Shown one piece after another: positions 60,699-64,000 of a stretch of DNA of 64,000 nt. The DNA comes from Patescibacteria group bacterium (GTDB taxonomy: Bacteria > Patescibacteriota > Dojkabacteria > J137). The notes beneath the pieces are model-generated. The model saw nothing but the letters and a program-made list of their open reading frames with translations. It did not search any database and had not been told where the DNA came from. The DNA is taken from the NCBI GenBank assembly GCA_963169855.1, contig CAUJCN010000002.1:709608-773607 (forward strand). Reading direction: 5' to 3'. How positions within the stretch are numbered: the first letter of the stretch is position 1; every line of letters starts with the position of its first letter. The position numbers and the translations under genes are program-made.

Positions 60699-61687
60699 AC
60701 AGAGGTGTAGTATCAACAATGATAATAGAGGAGGTCGAAGATGTTCTGGAACAGAGTCTTCGTCCGAGTGACTTATCTCAAATGATTGGTAGAGAGCGTG
60801 AAAAGAAGGGAGTTGAAATGATGATTAATTCTGCAAAGATTAAATCTAAAGCTTTAGATCATATCCTTTTTCATGGACCACCAGGACTTGGAAAAACTTC
60901 ATTTGCTCATGTAATTGCAAAAGAAATGGGAGTAGGTATACATATTACAAACGGGACAGTATTGGATAAAACAGGTGATCTAGCTGCGATACTCTCAAGC
61001 TTAGAACCGAATTCAATACTTTTCATTGATGAAATTCATAGATTAAATGGAAAAATAGAAGAGATGTTATACCCAGCAATGGAAGACAAGGTTTTAGACA
61101 TAATCGTTGGAAAAGGTCCAAGCGCAAAATCGCTTCGAATTGATTTACCAGACTTCACATTGATAGGTGCAACTACAAAAATGTCCGCAATTAGTTCTCC
61201 ACTACGTGACAGATTTGGTGCGCATTTCCGTTTAGACTTCTATTCTGATGAGGAACTAAGTCAATTAATTCAGCAAAAAGCAGGGATTTTACGAGTGAGA
61301 GTGGACCACAAAGCTTCTTTGAAGATGGCTCAATCTTCACGAATGACTGCAAGGGTAGCTATTAGAATATTAAAAAGAGTAATAGATACTGCTACTGTTT
61401 CTAAAATGGATGTTATAGACGAGTCTATTGTTGATAGGACTTTAGACCTGCTGGGTATAGATTCTAACGGTTTAGATCAAACAGATAGAAAAATCTTGGA
61501 AATAATGTATTATAATTTTGATAACAAGCCTGTTGGTTTGAAGAATTTGGCTATGTCGTTGTCTGAAGCTGAAGAAACTTTAGAAGATGTTTACGAGCCG
61601 TATTTAATAAAGAGTGGCTATATTAAAAGAACACCTAAAGGAAGAGTTTTAACTTCTTCAGGAGAAAAGATTATTATAAAAGCTTAA
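60695..61687 (+). CDS. ruvB: Holliday junction ATP-dependent helicase RuvB
   Basis: Walker A GPPGLGKTS, Walker B ILFIDEIHRL, sensor regions, C-terminal winged helix. Confidence 0.9.
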   Translation: MNRGVVSTMIIEEVEDVLEQSLRPSDLSQMIGREREKKGVEMMINSAKIKSKALDHILFHGPPGLGKTSFAHVIAKEMGVGIHITNGTVLDKTGDLAAILSSLEPNSILFIDEIHRLNGKIEEMLYPAMEDKVLDIIVGKGPSAKSLRIDLPDFTLIGATTKMSAISSPLRDRFGAHFRLDFYSDEELSQLIQQKAGILRVRVDHKASLKMAQSSRMTARVAIRILKRVIDTATVSKMDVIDESIVDRTLDLLGIDSNGLDQTDRKILEIMYYNFDNKPVGLKNLAMSLSEAEETLEDVYEPYLIKSGYIKRTPKGRVLTSSGEKIIIKA

Positions 61688-61696
61688 AATAATACT

Positions 61697-62842
61697 ATGT
61701 TTACAAGGATGGGAACAAGACAAAGAGCTATAGTGAGTGCGCTACTTGTAGGAGTGGTTACTTTCTTGATTATTTCTGGTGCATTTAAATTTCTTGCTAG
61801 TACAATTTTACCTCCGTTAAATCCCTCAAATGTTAGAGTAGAGGAGAGATATGGAGAAATTACAGTGGTTTGGGATAGAGTGGGCGAGTACGATATAGAG
61901 AATTACAAGATTTATGTGGATAACTCTGAGTTCGTGAAACTCAGAAACGATGTGGATAACTACCTAATAACAGGTTTGGATTTAAATCAGAAAAATAACA
62001 TTCGATTAGTTAGTTTAGATTCGACGGGTAGAGAATCTTCTGGGGTTGTTTACACTTCCACTGGAAACAGTTCCCAGGTTTCTGAGGTCTTAAATACACT
62101 GGACTTATCAAGTCTTTTGCTAAGGGATAACATCATTTATTCGTTATTATTAGCTTTGGGTGTGTTGCTACTTAATTCATGGGTGCTGTTCTTTAAACAT
62201 ACTAGAAAGAGTTTCCCAGTTACAGGTATATATCCTTCCGTAGCATTGTTCCCATTCTTTGTGTTGGGTTTCACACTTTACGATAGTATTAGTAATCAAG
62301 TTACTAGACTTGCATTGGTCTTAATTATGTCAGGTGCGTTCTCAATTATAAGTTATATTGCACTTTTGACTAATAATATTCTTCATGGATCTATACAGTT
62401 CCAGTTGCCGCTGGAGCAAGCTGCAAAGGCTGTACAATTCATTTTCTCGTTACTTTCAACATACCTGATAATGGTGTTTATTCTAGGAGCTGATATCGAC
62501 ATACTAAGAAGATTATTATTTATTTTGCCATTCATTTTCTTTTATTCCTATTCATCAATATGGTTTTTAAGACACTTAAGAAAGAAGGATGTTCTAAACA
62601 AAAGCTTGCTCATAACAATACTAGTAGGGTTGTCTACCTTGGTAATCTCTGTTTGGCCAATAGATAGCGTTTATTCAATACTATTTTCAGCAGTAGTGTA
62701 CTACATTCTACTCAACGTAGCTTTAGAAAATCGAAAAAAGATCCCTACTGGCTATTGGGTAGAGTACATAGTGCTTATTGGACTAACTGTAATAGTTCTC
62801 TTCACAACAGCATTCTGGGGAATCAACGGAAGCATTATCTAG
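61697..62842 (+). CDS. Hypothetical membrane protein: N-terminal TM, a FN3-like beta domain, and a C-terminal polytopic (~8 TM) region
   Basis: PSNVRVEERYGEITVVWDRVGEYDIENYKIYVD resembles a fibronectin-III-like module, followed by multiple hydrophobic helices. Confidence 0.4.
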   Translation: MFTRMGTRQRAIVSALLVGVVTFLIISGAFKFLASTILPPLNPSNVRVEERYGEITVVWDRVGEYDIENYKIYVDNSEFVKLRNDVDNYLITGLDLNQKNNIRLVSLDSTGRESSGVVYTSTGNSSQVSEVLNTLDLSSLLLRDNIIYSLLLALGVLLLNSWVLFFKHTRKSFPVTGIYPSVALFPFFVLGFTLYDSISNQVTRLALVLIMSGAFSIISYIALLTNNILHGSIQFQLPLEQAAKAVQFIFSLLSTYLIMVFILGADIDILRRLLFILPFIFFYSYSSIWFLRHLRKKDVLNKSLLITILVGLSTLVISVWPIDSVYSILFSAVVYYILLNVALENRKKIPTGYWVEYIVLIGLTVIVLFTTAFWGINGSII

Positions 62843-63345
62843 TAATGATTTAGACCCTAACTTGGACAAAAAGAAGGCGTTACTAAATATAAGGTGCATT
62901 ATACTCAGTAAGCACTCGCCCTTTTCTAACCTACTCTTGAGCCTTTATAACCTTGACCACTCTTCTCTTTTTATTCCTTTAGATTTTAGAAATTCAGAAT
63001 AATTAATTTTATTATTTTGCTCTATTTGAATAATTCCTCATTTTATATAAAAATTCTCTATTTTCGTTAAATCCCCTTAAAATCGCTTTGCCTGCTTTAT
63101 GTATCAACCCTGCTCTGTTACGAAAAGCTTTATCTGCATAGGACATTAGGAGATATTTAGTATTGAAATTTCGAGGATAGACTAGTTTGAAGTGGAGTGA
63201 TTTCTTAAAAGTCTTTATATGCAAATATAATGCCTAGATATCGCGTTTAAATGCGTTTTAAGACTAGTTTGGTACAAAAGCTGAGTATTTGTACCTCCCA
63301 GAAAAAGCCCTAAGTTCCAATTTCTAATATCTAGAACGAAATCAC

Positions 63346-63380
63346 AAATCTCAAATCTCAAATCTCAAATCTCAAATCTG
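63346..63380. repeat. Heptanucleotide tandem repeat (AAATCTC)x4 plus one imperfect unit
   Basis: aaatctc aaatctc aaatctc aaatctc aaatctg in a 550-bp convergent intergenic region. Confidence 0.8.
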
Positions 63381-63389
63381 AAAAAATAG

Positions 63390-63896
63390 TTAAACGGAAA
63401 TTATTTTTTCTAGGAGTTGTGTTTCTTTGATAAATTTTTTTTGGATGTGAAGGAAGTCGAAATATATTTTTTCTTTTAAATCTTTTGGAAGTTCTGAAAG
63501 GTATTCGCAAATTTTATAACTTAATAAGTTGCAATAACTATTTCTCATTCCGGTATTTTTAAATTCAAAGTTATCAGGAATTAAGTTACGATCAATCAAT
63601 TCATAATACGAAGGTAAGTTATGAGTTTCTTTCTTTCCCAAAACAAATTTACCGAATAGGTTTTTGCAAATAAGTTCGATTCGAATGTGATTTACATTTA
63701 GCGAATAATCTCCCAAAGCAATAATGTGTAAGGGTTCTTCAGTGCTTGAAATTGCTTCTTGTAGCTTAGGAAAATCCCTCTGAAATGTTCTAGAACTGAA
63801 TGTGGATAACTCAATAGAGGAATAGAGGGGAGAAAGCTTGGAAAAAGTAACTCTGCTTAAAGAACTACCTTTTAAGAATACAAGTAACTTTTTCAT
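63390..63896 (-). CDS. Hypothetical protein (168 aa)
   Basis: Intact minus-strand ORF with no recognisable motif. Confidence 0.35.
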   Translation of the reverse strand: MKKLLVFLKGSSLSRVTFSKLSPLYSSIELSTFSSRTFQRDFPKLQEAISSTEEPLHIIALGDYSLNVNHIRIELICKNLFGKFVLGKKETHNLPSYYELIDRNLIPDNFEFKNTGMRNSYCNLLSYKICEYLSELPKDLKEKIYFDFLHIQKKFIKETQLLEKIISV

Positions 63897-64000
63897 TACT
63901 ACTCGTTAGTCCTTGAGCTTTAGAACAGATAACGAGTTCAGTGTCTTGAATTTTGATTTACCGTTTATTATTGAATACGAGTTCACTCCCCAAAGGTACT

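Noticed and set aside
63012-63224. 70-aa minus-strand ORF in the 62843-63389 intergenic region
   Set aside because: No SD or promoter. The composition is typical of AT-rich non-coding DNA (Lys/Asn/Phe/Tyr-rich). More likely non-coding.

Overview
This 64 kb window is a low-GC (about 35%), tightly packed bacterial chromosomal segment made up almost entirely of core information-processing genes. Read from the sequence it contains the following. A truncated tyrosine recombinase (Xer-like) lies next to a tRNA-Met(CAT) and a tandem tRNA(CAT) region that carries a recombination footprint. Downstream are ftsH, an orphan 494-aa gene, polA and a VanW-like gene. There is one complete rRNA operon: 16S, tRNA-Ile(GAT), tRNA-Ala(TGC), 23S and 5S. 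After it come rpsA, a ClpC-type AAA+ chaperone, rho with a long structured leader, and an M23/LysM peptidase. A minus-strand ribosomal block runs ndk, tmk, rplL, rplJ, rplA, rplK, nusG, secE, tRNA-Trp, rpmG, a split comEC, a cyclophilin, a SpoU-type methylase and rpmB. A tRNA cluster carries Thr-Tyr-Thr. The plus-strand cluster is dprA-topA, rpsB-tsf-frr (no pyrH), rseP, rpsU, dnaX-ybaB-recR, rpsF-ssb-rpsR, an S41 peptidase, a CysQ-like and NrnA pair, prfA-rpmE (minus strand), dnaB, tRNA-Leu(CAA), and yebC-ruvC-ruvA-ruvB. The gene set, the enlarged FtsH ectodomain, the missing pyrH and the unusual 16S 3' tail suggest a small-genome bacterium, possibly a Patescibacteria/CPR-type lineage (inference). 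Standard code 11 applies: long ORFs are intact and TGA is used as a stop. I found no CRISPR array, no rRNA intron and no obvious defence island. The most interesting signals are small-scale. (1) A tRNA-targeted recombination footprint: a 19-bp direct repeat of the tRNA-Met 3' end plus a chimeric tRNA pseudogene. (2) A CIRCE-architecture inverted repeat (9-N9-9) overlapping the clpC promoter. (3) Tandem 64-nt structured repeats in the rho leader. (4) A comEC split into two overlapping frames. (5) A rearrangement junction where an ABC-ATPase C-terminal remnant abuts a gene that has no start codon. (6) A recurring CCGCCATTGGCGG hairpin cap used both in 23S rRNA helices and in an mRNA terminator. 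(7) A very conserved TGATATAAT extended -10 promoter motif.
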